A DNA stretch of 64,000 nt, from the NCBI GenBank assembly GCA_045130455.1, contig JBGUPV010000155.1:22890-86889 (forward strand), in the 5' to 3' direction. The position numbers were made by a program, and so were the translations under genes. How positions within the stretch are numbered: the first letter of the stretch is position 1; each line of letters opens with the position of its first letter. Below, in pieces: positions 18,947 through 28,072 of this stretch. The notes beneath the pieces are model-generated. The model did not search any database. It was not told the DNA's origin and saw only the letters and a list, made by a program, of their open reading frames with translations. The DNA is from Lachnospiraceae bacterium. GTDB taxonomy: Bacteria > Bacillota > Clostridia > Lachnospirales > Lachnospiraceae.

Positions 18947-19869
18947 ACGATTCCATCTTCTTTTGCGTCTTCCGTAGTGCCTTCCCCAGGCTTCGCCGCG
19001 GCTTTCGCGCCCACACTCTTCAGATCCGGTTCCACGATCTCGCCCTTGCCGACGGATTGCCCGTCCTCACGCAGGAACCGGCGCCGCTCCTCCGCATCCT
19101 CGGGCATCGCGCTCTGCAACCCGCGGATGATGCCGGGATAGCTGACGGAGCGCATGGACGGGAACGCGTCGAGCATTCGCTTCTGTTGCCTTGTAAAAAA
19201 CTGGAGCATCCCTCGGAAGAACGTCTCGACCACGACTGTGTCGTACAACGCCGCCATGCGGTCCTTGACCGCCGAAAGTTTCTCGGCGATCTTGCCGATC
19301 TTCTCCTCGAAGTCCGCCGCATGCTTCACGCTCACCACGAGATCGATGAAAAATACAGCGATCAAAGTCCACGCTGTCAGATGCAGCGCCAGCGGCGGCA
19401 TCAGACCGATCAGCCACAGCGTGCGCGGGTTGATGTATCGCAGCAGCACCACCGACATCAGACCGAACGCGAAAAATCCTTCGATACAGATGCGTCCGTT
19501 GAGGTGAAGCAGCATGTCCGTGTAATCCCACCAGCGGGCATTGAACATCTTCTCCATCAGATAGCCGGTCAGGTACTCGACGCCACAACAGATGACCGCG
19601 CTCACAAAGAACAGCAGGATCGGTTTGTCCTTGAGTCCGCTGAGTAAAAACAGATCGATCAGCGCGCCGGCGCCGTAGATCGGAATGTATGGCCCGATCA
19701 TGAAGCCGCGGTTGACGATCCTGTGCTTATCCCACAGCGAGTAGAAGAAGCTCTCCCACACCCATCCGATGAAGCTGTAGATGATAAACATCAAAAAACT
19801 GGTTTCAACAAGTTCCACGGGATCGCACACTCCTTCCGAGCGCCAGGGCAATCCCGCGCAAAGTCTCAT
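18943..19869 (-). CDS. polytopic membrane protein, 'putative ABC-transporter type IV' (CmpB-like) family, with a charged C-terminal tail
   Basis: IYSFIGWVWESFFY...NRGFMIGPYIPIYGAGAL...GVEYLTGYLMEKMFNARWWDYT is typical of that family, from memory. The start is uncertain. The ATG at 19869 overlaps the HD gene by 65 nt. Alternatives are the GTG at 19818 (GGAAGGAG upstream) and the ATG at 19791. Confidence 0.7.
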   Translation of the reverse strand: MRLCAGLPWRSEGVCDPVELVETSFLMFIIYSFIGWVWESFFYSLWDKHRIVNRGFMIGPYIPIYGAGALIDLFLLSGLKDKPILLFFVSAVICCGVEYLTGYLMEKMFNARWWDYTDMLLHLNGRICIEGFFAFGLMSVVLLRYINPRTLWLIGLMPPLALHLTAWTLIAVFFIDLVVSVKHAADFEEKIGKIAEKLSAVKDRMAALYDTVVVETFFRGMLQFFTRQQKRMLDAFPSMRSVSYPGIIRGLQSAMPEDAEERRRFLREDGQSVGKGEIVEPDLKSVGAKAAAKPGEGTTEDAKEDGIV

Positions 19870-20290
19870 ACGTTGCGCACGCTTTATCGACGACGCAAAG
19901 GATCTTTCCCTCCTTCGTCTTCGGTATGCGCAGGTTCAGCGGGAACATATGACAATGGATCATATCCTCCTCGATCCCGGTCAGTTTAAAATCGCGGCGG
20001 GCATTTTTCAACGCCTTCTCCGCATGGAAAAATCCGTGAAGACGATGGCTCGGATCATCCTCATGCCAGTCGTACAGAAAATAATCGTGCAGAAGCGCTC
20101 CGCGCACCAGACTCCTGCGGTTGACCCGCACCGGAAGCCTGTCGGCCAGCGCCAGACATCCCCGCGCCACAAGCATCGAATGGTCATAGACCGTGATGTC
20201 GCCGTGCTGCAGGAACGTCTTCTCCATCTGCATGCCCGGCGAGCGCAAAATGTCCCCGCCGTGCTTCCACAATTCCCTCTTATACTTCAC
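19805..20290 (-). CDS. HD-domain phosphohydrolase (small, about 160 aa)
   Basis: GTG start at 20288-20290 with AGGAGGA 8 nt upstream. H...HD metal-binding pattern: HSMLVA...GALLHDYFLYDWH...HGFFHAEKAL...HMFP. Confidence 0.75.
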   Translation of the reverse strand: MKYKRELWKHGGDILRSPGMQMEKTFLQHGDITVYDHSMLVARGCLALADRLPVRVNRRSLVRGALLHDYFLYDWHEDDPSHRLHGFFHAEKALKNARRDFKLTGIEEDMIHCHMFPLNLRIPKTKEGKILCVVDKACATYETLRGIALALGRSVRSRGTC

Positions 20291-20334
20291 GCAAACGTCC
20301 TCCTGTGTCCGAATTCCCCCACTGTATCCCGGGC

Positions 20335-21171
20335 TTATCTGTCCCGGTATGCCTTCTTCAGCTTATTGACCGTCTCATCGAAGAACCACCAGAATTCCTC
20401 GGTGGCTTCCTCTTCCTTGCCCCGCAGCTCCATCAGATGCAGGTAGTTGATGTAATCCGGCGAATACTCCCGGTTTTCCTCCACAAAATAGAACTGATTC
20501 TCGATGCGGCGGATGACCTCCGTCTCCCGCGAGTACACCGTGAGCTCGTTGTTGAATTCCTCCTCCATACCGCCGAGCTTGAGCGCGTACAGATACTGGC
20601 ACAGACTCTCCTTGTAGCCGCTCTTCTGGTACGCGGTCTGAAAATACTTCGCCGCGTTGCGGAACTGTCCGTTCTGCGCCATCAGGACCGCGATGTTGTG
20701 GTACGCCGCGCCCTGTTCCTCCTCCGAGAGCTGCGCGAAATCCCGGTCGTCCAGGATCGTCTGGTACTCCAGAAGCGCCTCTCTCGTCTTACCGTACCGA
20801 AGGATCGCCGACGCGTGGTGGCGTTTGCGCTCGATCGGAAGCAGCTCGAAATACTCGTCGATCTTGCCGATCAGATGATTGATCTCGTCCTGGCTGTAAT
20901 AGTCGGTGCTGCAGAAGATCGAAACCACGATATCCTTGATCCCCGATTTGCGCTCCATCAGCGTCGAGAGGAAATCGGCCCGTTCCGGCATATTCAGTTC
21001 CACACGGATCCACGGCACCAGCTGGCTCTCCGCGAGGTCCTCCTCCATCGTCTCCACGTTGTGGAAGAGGTAGTAACACAGCTCCTCCATCGTGTAGACA
21101 CACACCCCTGTGGACTGAAAATAAAACGGTATCTTTGCTTTGTCACCGATACAGTATATAAGTCGTCCCAT
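20335..21171 (-). CDS. hypothetical protein with C-terminal TPR-like helical repeats
   Basis: 278 aa. ATG with a GGGAGAA RBS. No recognisable catalytic motif. AAYHNIAVLMAQNGQFRNAAKYFQTAYQKSGYKESLCQYLYALKLGG looks TPR-like. Confidence 0.65.
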   Translation of the reverse strand: MGRLIYCIGDKAKIPFYFQSTGVCVYTMEELCYYLFHNVETMEEDLAESQLVPWIRVELNMPERADFLSTLMERKSGIKDIVVSIFCSTDYYSQDEINHLIGKIDEYFELLPIERKRHHASAILRYGKTREALLEYQTILDDRDFAQLSEEEQGAAYHNIAVLMAQNGQFRNAAKYFQTAYQKSGYKESLCQYLYALKLGGMEEEFNNELTVYSRETEVIRRIENQFYFVEENREYSPDYINYLHLMELRGKEEEATEEFWWFFDETVNKLKKAYRDR

Positions 21172-21189
21172 AGTTCTCCCGTTCCGCCG

Positions 21190-22446
21190 TTACAGCTGAA
21201 TGACCTTCTCCCAGACGCGATAATTGCTCGGGAAGAATTGACCGAACCCGAGGTCCGTCACCGTGCACACCGCCGTGTCACGGTCGAGGAATGTCACCTT
21301 CACGGCCACACGCGTCGTCTTGTTCTCGCGCCGGTGCAGGTTCTTCAGGTTCATGATCGAATATTTGGTCTCCTTGCGAACCGCATTGAAGATCGTAAAA
21401 TAAATCTCGTCCGTATCGTCGAGGATACCGACGGTCTTCGCCTTGGCCTCACGCCATTTTTCGCCGGCACGGATCAGCGGATAGTCCGCCACGCGGTTGT
21501 CCTTGAACATGCGGATGGAGATCGTCGAGCGGACCATGTCCTCCGTGAGGAAGAGATAATCCTCGAAGCGCTCGCTGCCCTCGTACTGTCCGCAGTACGC
21601 CGCGCCCTTCGCGTAGAGGTTCATGCCCTTGAAGACGTGGCGTCCCGAAGTCATCGACTTTAAGATGTCGTCCGGCCATGTGCCCTCGAAGCCCTTGCCC
21701 GTCACGTAGATGGTCGAGATGATCTGCTTCTGGATCACCTTGTCGCGCACGAGACGGAAGCTGTACTGCATGCGGCTCTCCTGCATATTTTCCAGCATTG
21801 TCGCGTCCATCAGGTCGCTCAGGTCCGCGGTAAATGTGGTCACTGCCGCGGGCGAACCCTTGCGGTTCGTCGACATCTGGTAGTAGAAGAGGCCGTTCTC
21901 GTTGTAATCAAAGAGGCTGACGTCGTTGACCCAGTATTCTTTGCGCTGGCACACCGCGTAGTACATGAAGCTCATGACGTACGGGCGGAACACAACCTTG
22001 TCCCTGCGGATGCCGGTTTCCTCGATCGCCTGCTGCACCGCCTCCACCACCCCGGGGTGAAGCGTGCGCATCGTCACGACGACCTTCTCGACCGTATCGC
22101 TGACGTACCTCTGCCGGACGGCCGATAGCGTCTTGCGGACAAACCGCGCCAGAAGCTCCGCCGCCGTATATTCAATCTCAAAGATGACCTCGCTGTCGCC
22201 GCGCAGCACCTTGTTGACGAGATCGTCCACAAAATGACCCGCGCCGCGGTTGTGGAATCGCACGGCCTCCTCGCCGAAGAGCCAGTCCTTCGAATCATTA
22301 CGCACGCAAAGAACGGTGGGGATCACGGTATTCCCACTGCTCGGCGTGATACTGATACTGTCCGGTTCCTCGGTTGCCCGGCCCACTGCGATCTGCGTCA
22401 TCTCGACGCCGAGATCGTATCCGATGAAGATAGCCTTCGGATCCAT
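21190..22446 (-). CDS. degenerate Hsp70/actin-fold (ASKHA-like) protein, function unknown
   Basis: 418 aa with an AGGAGGAG RBS. N-terminal AIFIGYDLGVEMTQIAV aligns with the DnaK IGIDLGTTNS phosphate-1 loop. VSLFDYNENGLFYYQ aligns with DLGGGTFD, and IYVTGKGFEGTWP with LVGGSTRIP. The C-terminal VAVKVTFLDRDTAVCTVTDLG resembles the Hsp70 SBD strand IEVTFDIDANGIL. The glycine-rich phosphate loops are not conserved. Confidence 0.6.
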   Translation of the reverse strand: MDPKAIFIGYDLGVEMTQIAVGRATEEPDSISITPSSGNTVIPTVLCVRNDSKDWLFGEEAVRFHNRGAGHFVDDLVNKVLRGDSEVIFEIEYTAAELLARFVRKTLSAVRQRYVSDTVEKVVVTMRTLHPGVVEAVQQAIEETGIRRDKVVFRPYVMSFMYYAVCQRKEYWVNDVSLFDYNENGLFYYQMSTNRKGSPAAVTTFTADLSDLMDATMLENMQESRMQYSFRLVRDKVIQKQIISTIYVTGKGFEGTWPDDILKSMTSGRHVFKGMNLYAKGAAYCGQYEGSERFEDYLFLTEDMVRSTISIRMFKDNRVADYPLIRAGEKWREAKAKTVGILDDTDEIYFTIFNAVRKETKYSIMNLKNLHRRENKTTRVAVKVTFLDRDTAVCTVTDLGFGQFFPSNYRVWEKVIQL

Positions 22447-22463
22447 CCCGTGCTCCTCCTGGG

Positions 22464-23267
22464 TTAGTTATTGGATCTGCTCCTTGCAAGGATGCGAAGA
22501 ATGCGGATCAAGAGGTTGATCAGGTCCACATAGATCATGCTCGCACTGTCGATGGCGTCGTCCACCGTCTTCGGTCTCTGCTGAGCAACAGCCCAGTCGT
22601 AACCGATGTAGCCGCAGAAGATGCCGATGAAGATAAAGTCAAAGATTCCCGAAGAGAATCCCAGTGCCCACATGACGACCTCGGCAACAAGACCGATCAG
22701 CAGGCAGCCGAACAGCATTTTCCCGATGGAGAGCATGAAGTTCGGAAACGCGTACGAAATACCGATCATCACAAGCGCGACAAATCCCATGATGCAGAAC
22801 GCGTACTGAAGCGTCTCAATGGAGTACATATACAGGAAAGGCGTCAGTATGATTCCCATGGGAATGACGATCAGCGCGTAACCGATCAGGTCGATCACCG
22901 GATTGTCCGACTTCTTGATCATGACCGTTCCCGCGATCACCGATACAAAGTATCCGATGAGCATCGCGATATAGGTCCCCGAATCCCGGTAAACCAGGTT
23001 CGAGATCTTTTCGCCGAAACCGAAGAGCATGATCGCGTTAACCGCGAAACCGGCAAGGATGACCAGTCCGATGATCATGTTGTACTTGCTGACCGAGATC
23101 GTGTCGGCCGTGTTGGACGAGCCGTACCCCGCCAGCTGGTTGAAGTCCACATGCTGCATCGTCGATGCCGCCGACATCGAGGAGACAAACATCTGCTCCT
23201 GCTGCTCGTTCAGCCCGCGCTGTCCGTTGTTGTTCGACGGATCATTGTAGTTTGAATAGTTGTCCAT
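22464..23267 (-). CDS. Bax inhibitor-1/YccA family membrane protein with an N/Q-rich N-terminal extension
   Basis: 267 aa with about 7 hydrophobic helices. The C-terminal motif DSASMIYVDLINLLIRILRIL is typical of BI-1/YccA proteins. Coordinates are taken from the ORF track; my manual count of the start codon differed by 1 nt. Confidence 0.8.
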   Translation of the reverse strand: MDNYSNYNDPSNNNGQRGLNEQQEQMFVSSMSAASTMQHVDFNQLAGYGSSNTADTISVSKYNMIIGLVILAGFAVNAIMLFGFGEKISNLVYRDSGTYIAMLIGYFVSVIAGTVMIKKSDNPVIDLIGYALIVIPMGIILTPFLYMYSIETLQYAFCIMGFVALVMIGISYAFPNFMLSIGKMLFGCLLIGLVAEVVMWALGFSSGIFDFIFIGIFCGYIGYDWAVAQQRPKTVDDAIDSASMIYVDLINLLIRILRILARSRSNN

Positions 23268-23287
23268 GATTATTTCCCCCTGTCACT

Positions 23288-26200
23288 TTACGTATTTTCC
23301 GCAATCGTGTCCTCCTCCGTGTGGAACAGCTGGGAGATGGCAAATTCGTTGCGGATGTATCTGTTCAACAGATCAAGAGCCTTGTCGGCGTCGCGCTCCT
23401 GCTGCGCCTTGATGATCTCATTGATCTGGGCGAACCGGCTTCCGGGATTGCCGATGGTCTTGTCGCCGCCCTGCAGCGAAGCCTTCTCGGTGATCACCGT
23501 ATCGTCCCCTTCGCGGTCAGGCTCGTCGCTGATGACATAGTCCACGGTCTCTCCGGCAAAGAGCACAAGCTCCTTCACGAAGATGCCGTAGCAGATGTCG
23601 CGCATCGGGAACTCCCGGTGGATGCGCTTGCCCGTTCCGCGGTAGGTGTAGTCGAGCGTCACATGATGTTTCGGGTTCGTGCGGTACTCGACGAAGAATT
23701 TGTCCTCGAGACTCTCGGGAAGCGTAAAATACTTCGCGAAATTCAGGAATGCCGGCAATATCTTGCCTCTGGCTTCCATGCGGACCAGCCAGTATTCCGC
23801 GAAATCCTGCTCCTCCTTCGTGAGCGTCTCCTGCTCCGCGTACTGCCGGAGCAGCGCGAGCACACAGACATCGTTGTCCTCGCGGTACACCGTGCGGCGG
23901 ATGATGGCCACCGTGGTCTCGCCCATCGCGATGTCGGCCGTGAGGTATTTGTAAGCCATATATGTGATGTACGCGCGGATCAGCGTCCGATCGCTGCGCG
24001 GTTTGTCATACGCGTGGATCAGCGCGTCGCCGTACGGCAGGTACGACTCCGTGAAGAGGATCTGCGCGAGGAGCCGCTCCTCAAGGCTGTCCGCCGAAAG
24101 TCCTGCGGCATCCGCCTCCTCCCACACGTGGTAGAGCACTTGCGTGCGCGCCTGAAGATGGCGCACAAGATACTCGAGAATGCGCTCGCTGCGGCGCCCG
24201 CGGCAGAAGAGAAAGTACATCAGGTCGTCCAGGATCGGTGTCGACGTCTCGATCTGCTCTCTCGGAAGATCGACGCAGAACCGCTCCAAAAGACGAAGGT
24301 CGACCTCCTCATAGCCGTAGCGCGTCAGAAGCGGCATCACACGGTCGCTTCCCCGAAGGATCATCAGGCCGATGAGACGGCCTCTCTGCTTCGCGGGGAT
24401 CGCCGCAAAATTCAGCCGGCCGACCAGCTCCTCGAGCTGTTCGTCGCGGAAATTGTCGTAGAAATGAAGCACCAGCGTCCGCAACAGTTCCTCACGGAAC
24501 TCATCGCGGAGCTCAAGGGATCGGCAGGCCCTCTTCCGGTACTCGATCGCGTCGGGATCAAACCTGCGCTCCTGCTGTGCTCTGGAAGCCAGTTGAAGCA
24601 GGATCATGGTGTTGTCCGGATACGAGGAATACGCCTCCGCGTAAATGTTCTCGCAGTACATCAGACGGCGCTTCTTGTACGGAATACCGCTCAGGAAACG
24701 GTTGCGGTTCGCATCCATGAAAGCGATCACCGCGTTGTCCGTGTAGATGTCCGCCTGGGCATGCCCGCTCGCTAGCGCGATCACCGTCTCCTCCGCGAGT
24801 TCGGGATGCGCGATGCAGACATAGTGGATGCCCGGCGCGTCGCACTCGATCTCATAGCGGAACGCGATGGTCTGAAGCTTCTCGAGCACCCGGTCGCGGT
24901 AATCCTCGGACGCCAGGCAGTCCTGGTAGAGGATCGCGAGGAAGTCGTCGTTGCGCTTCTCGCGCAGACGGTCCATCGTGTACTCCCGAATCTTCGGAAG
25001 GAAGCCCTCGTAGACTTCCGGATTGCTCTCCTTGTGCCGCACGATGTTGGCGTACAGGAACGAGAGTTTCCGGTCGTTGAGCTTGCTGTTATACGTAAAA
25101 TAAGCGAATACGTTGTCGTCGAGCGTCTCGTCCACATCGGATTTGCCGGTGTAGAGATAGTACTCGTAGAGTTCCGCCACGCGGATCTCCGCCTCGACGC
25201 CGCGCTCAAACCAGACGGCGTATTTCGGGTCGCGGCAGTGCCCGCGGATCAGCATCGCGCAGATGGACGTGAGCGCCTCGCGAAGCTGGAACCGGTCGTA
25301 GATGCCCTGCAGCACCGTATAATACAGCGGCTTGAATTCCTTCACGGTCTCCGCGAGCACGGAGAATTGCACCGCCACTTCCTTCTGCAGGAAACGGTTG
25401 CGGACGGCGTAGGCCACCGTCTGCAGTTCAAAATCGCCGATCTCGTGCAACAGCGTCGGCTCCTCGTTGAGGGTGCGCGCTGCCTCAAGGAACAGAAGCG
25501 GCGAAGGATTGTCGTTGTCGTACAGTCCGCGGAGCTCGTCGAGACGAAGCTTGCGGTTCCGGGAATACCGGTCGTCAAGCTGCATCAGCAGAAGCGCCGG
25601 GATGATCCGCTTGGGAGCGTCGTTGCAGATCCCGTAGAGCTGCTCCAGCGCGGTCACGCGGTTGGCGCTCGAGCGCTCCGCGCGCAGGTAGATGTAAGCC
25701 GCCTTGGCGTCCGCCGAAGACGACATCACTTCATTCTCATCGATCTCGCGGAGCTTCGCGTTCGCGGGACTCTCGCGGCCGCTCAGACGGTCGAGATGAA
25801 TCCGGTACAGTCTCGCCTCCAGCGAGAGGTTGCCTGCCGCCTCCTGAAGTCTCGCCAGAAGGCCTTCCGCCTCGGACACATAGCGTCCGACGGGGATGCG
25901 GTTCATCCGGTAAGCCAGCGCATTTTCCGCCAGCTCCACGATGATCGCGGACTGCGTCTTGCGGCGCACCTGCTCCGCCGTCTGCTCCTGCGTGCGGTGG
26001 CAGTACACCGGCACCTCGATGGTCTGGTTCTGCGCCTCCACCGTCAGCGTCGCGTAATTGATGCCGCGCGACATCTTCTCGGGGATTACGACATAGCGAA
26101 TATCATACACACCGCCGACGAACTGCTCCGTCGTAACGACGCCGTGCTCGACAAGCAAAAAGTCAGCCGTGGAGGACACCTGCAGGTTCACGTATCCGGG

Positions 26201-26860
26201 GTTGTCCATGCGGATCGTCAACCGGTCGGAAAATGCGTTGTCCCTCACGTCGGGATACTCGATCTTCGTCTTGGCCACCGAGATGGCCACAGGCATCTTG
26301 CGCCCCGTCGCCACCAGGAATTCCTCCATGGCGCGCTCCTCGGAGACGCTCTGCGTCAGAAAGTCATACAGGAAAAGGCTCTGCGGCTCATGGAACTGCA
26401 AAAACGGCCGGAACCCCGGATCCGTGTAAAGTTTGAGGGCTTCCTTGCGCTCCTCGCGCGCGAACAGGGCAAACTGCTCCGGTGTCTCGATCTTCACGCT
26501 CCCGAGCGGCAGCGTCGGCGCCGTCACTTCGATGTGGTACGGAAGCTCGACCTCTCCGCAGTCCGTGATGAACGTGAGCATACCGTCAATCTCGGTCAGC
26601 TCCTCGATCGTCTCGGCGTGAACCGTGTATTCTACCGTGTTGGAGACGCCCACAAACTGATTCGTCACCGCCTCCACGACGCGGTTGTCCGAGCACACGA
26701 GCCCCTTCATGGACTTCTCCGCGTCGTTGCTGATGATCACGCGGCCGCTCAGCTTCCGCCCGACCTCCACCGACGCGACGATCCTGTCCTTGCTGAGGCG
26801 GATTCTGGGAAGTTCGTATTCAATTACGCCCCGGGCGATCCCGGCTATCTTGTCTCTCAC
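23288..26860 (-). CDS. 1190-aa hypothetical protein (two N-terminal beta-rich modules, long helical-repeat body)
   Basis: GTG start at 26858-26860 with AGGAGGGG upstream. No Walker A, no signal peptide and no TM segment were seen. I recall large proteins annotated as DUF5717 beside DUF5716 in Clostridia, but I cannot verify membership here. Confidence 0.75.
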   Translation of the reverse strand: MRDKIAGIARGVIEYELPRIRLSKDRIVASVEVGRKLSGRVIISNDAEKSMKGLVCSDNRVVEAVTNQFVGVSNTVEYTVHAETIEELTEIDGMLTFITDCGEVELPYHIEVTAPTLPLGSVKIETPEQFALFAREERKEALKLYTDPGFRPFLQFHEPQSLFLYDFLTQSVSEERAMEEFLVATGRKMPVAISVAKTKIEYPDVRDNAFSDRLTIRMDNPGYVNLQVSSTADFLLVEHGVVTTEQFVGGVYDIRYVVIPEKMSRGINYATLTVEAQNQTIEVPVYCHRTQEQTAEQVRRKTQSAIIVELAENALAYRMNRIPVGRYVSEAEGLLARLQEAAGNLSLEARLYRIHLDRLSGRESPANAKLREIDENEVMSSSADAKAAYIYLRAERSSANRVTALEQLYGICNDAPKRIIPALLLMQLDDRYSRNRKLRLDELRGLYDNDNPSPLLFLEAARTLNEEPTLLHEIGDFELQTVAYAVRNRFLQKEVAVQFSVLAETVKEFKPLYYTVLQGIYDRFQLREALTSICAMLIRGHCRDPKYAVWFERGVEAEIRVAELYEYYLYTGKSDVDETLDDNVFAYFTYNSKLNDRKLSFLYANIVRHKESNPEVYEGFLPKIREYTMDRLREKRNDDFLAILYQDCLASEDYRDRVLEKLQTIAFRYEIECDAPGIHYVCIAHPELAEETVIALASGHAQADIYTDNAVIAFMDANRNRFLSGIPYKKRRLMYCENIYAEAYSSYPDNTMILLQLASRAQQERRFDPDAIEYRKRACRSLELRDEFREELLRTLVLHFYDNFRDEQLEELVGRLNFAAIPAKQRGRLIGLMILRGSDRVMPLLTRYGYEEVDLRLLERFCVDLPREQIETSTPILDDLMYFLFCRGRRSERILEYLVRHLQARTQVLYHVWEEADAAGLSADSLEERLLAQILFTESYLPYGDALIHAYDKPRSDRTLIRAYITYMAYKYLTADIAMGETTVAIIRRTVYREDNDVCVLALLRQYAEQETLTKEEQDFAEYWLVRMEARGKILPAFLNFAKYFTLPESLEDKFFVEYRTNPKHHVTLDYTYRGTGKRIHREFPMRDICYGIFVKELVLFAGETVDYVISDEPDREGDDTVITEKASLQGGDKTIGNPGSRFAQINEIIKAQQERDADKALDLLNRYIRNEFAISQLFHTEEDTIAENT

Positions 26861-26892
26861 GATCCCCTCCTGCCTCTGCGGTACGCAGAGTC

Positions 26893-27486
26893 CTACGGTT
26901 GTATGCTCTCCATCGTATCATCCTCGCGCCTGCGGAAGATCACGCTTCCGTCCAGCGCGACAAAATACTCTCCTGCCAGTCCGCCGCCCTTGTTCAGGAC
27001 GATCACGCCGAAGCATTCCACGCCGTTGATGTTGGTCGTGTACTCGTCGGTCTCGAAGTCATAATCGGACATGCTCTTCGAGAGCTTCAGCTTGCTCGCG
27101 GACTTACTCTTTAAAAACTCCTCCGCCTTCGCAGCGGTAAATTTCTTCGGCGCTTCGGTCGGCGTCGGTGTCGGCGTGTCTGTAGGCCCCTTGGTCGGTG
27201 CCTTGGTCGGCTCCTTCACGGCCGGCGTTTCGGTTATCTTCTGCTTGCCGCCGTCGGTCGGCGTCGCCTTGCCTGTCTGCTTTCCGCCGCTTCCGGTCGG
27301 CTTGGTGACCGACTGCGTCGGCGTCTTGTCGGAGTCTTTCTTGCGCTCATCCAGGCGCTCCAGCCCCCAGCTGACAAGCCCGAAAACAACGGCAACCGCA
27401 AGCACGTACAATATTGCTTTCAACAGGATCACGGAGCCTCTGTTTTTCTTCGCCCGCTTCCTGCTCTTCTTCTTTTTCTGTGCCAC
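26893..27486 (-). CDS. single-pass membrane protein with Lys-rich N-terminus, Thr/Pro linker and small extracytoplasmic domain
   Basis: GTG start at 27484-27486 with GGAGGAGGGG upstream. MAQKKKKSRKRAKKNRG, then TM helix VILLKAILYVLAVAVVFGLVSW, a T/P/K linker and a C-terminal globular part of about 80 aa (…GVECFGVIVLNKGGGLAGEYFVALDGSVIF). Confidence 0.7.
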   Translation of the reverse strand: MAQKKKKSRKRAKKNRGSVILLKAILYVLAVAVVFGLVSWGLERLDERKKDSDKTPTQSVTKPTGSGGKQTGKATPTDGGKQKITETPAVKEPTKAPTKGPTDTPTPTPTEAPKKFTAAKAEEFLKSKSASKLKLSKSMSDYDFETDEYTTNINGVECFGVIVLNKGGGLAGEYFVALDGSVIFRRREDDTMESIQP

Positions 27487-27535
27487 TGATCAACCCCTCC
27501 TCCGGGTTCCCCCCGTGATCACCCTATACGGAATC

Positions 27536-27564
27536 ATTGTATCACAGTGTCCGCCGTTTGTCAC
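27536..27564 (-). promoter_or_regulatory. sigma-70-type promoter (extended -10) at the head of the 27486-to-11949 gene cluster
   Basis: Minus strand: GTGACA (rc of 27559-27564), a 17-nt spacer ending in TGA, then TACAAT (rc of 27536-27541). It sits immediately downstream of the rplT terminator. Confidence 0.6.
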
Positions 27565-27598
27565 GGATTTCTTACCGCGGCGCCGGCCGCCGGAACGA

Positions 27599-27633
27599 CA
27601 AAAAACCGCAGGGCATCCGGGGATGCTCTGCGG
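27599..27633 (-). terminator. intrinsic terminator of infC-rpmI-rplT
   Basis: Minus strand: CCGCAGAGCATCC-CCGG-ATGCCCTGCGG followed by TTTTTTG. Confidence 0.85.
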
Positions 27634-27682
27634 CTTGTCAGCTGCTCATTGCAGCACTCAATTCTTATGTCACTCTGCGCGA

Positions 27683-28039
27683 TTACGCAAGCTTGCCCTT
27701 CGCGGTGTTAACGAGCGAGGTGAAGCCCTCAGCATCGTTGATCGCCATGTCGGAAAGCATCTTACGGTTGATGTTTACATCCGCAAGCTTGAGACCGTAC
27801 ATGAACTTGCTGTACGAGATATCGTTGCTCTTGCATGCTGCGCTGATACGAGCGATCCAAAGCTGACGCATCTGTCTCTTCTTCTCCTTGCGGCCTGCGA
27901 AAGCGGATGCAAGTGCGCGCATAACGGACTGCTTAGCAATACGGTACTGCTTGGATCTTGCTCCTCTGTAGCCCTTTGCCAGCTTCAAAATTCTGTTGTG
28001 TTTCTTCTTGGCGTTCAAGCCGCCCTTAATTCTAGCCAT
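27683..28039 (-). CDS. rplT: 50S ribosomal protein L20
   Basis: MARIKGGLNAKKKHNRILKLAKGYRGARSKQYRIAKQ... is a canonical L20 sequence. AAGGAGG RBS. Confidence 0.98.
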   Translation of the reverse strand: MARIKGGLNAKKKHNRILKLAKGYRGARSKQYRIAKQSVMRALASAFAGRKEKKRQMRQLWIARISAACKSNDISYSKFMYGLKLADVNINRKMLSDMAINDAEGFTSLVNTAKGKLA

Positions 28040-28072
28040 GGTTTATATGTCCTCCTTCGACAAGTATGCGTC

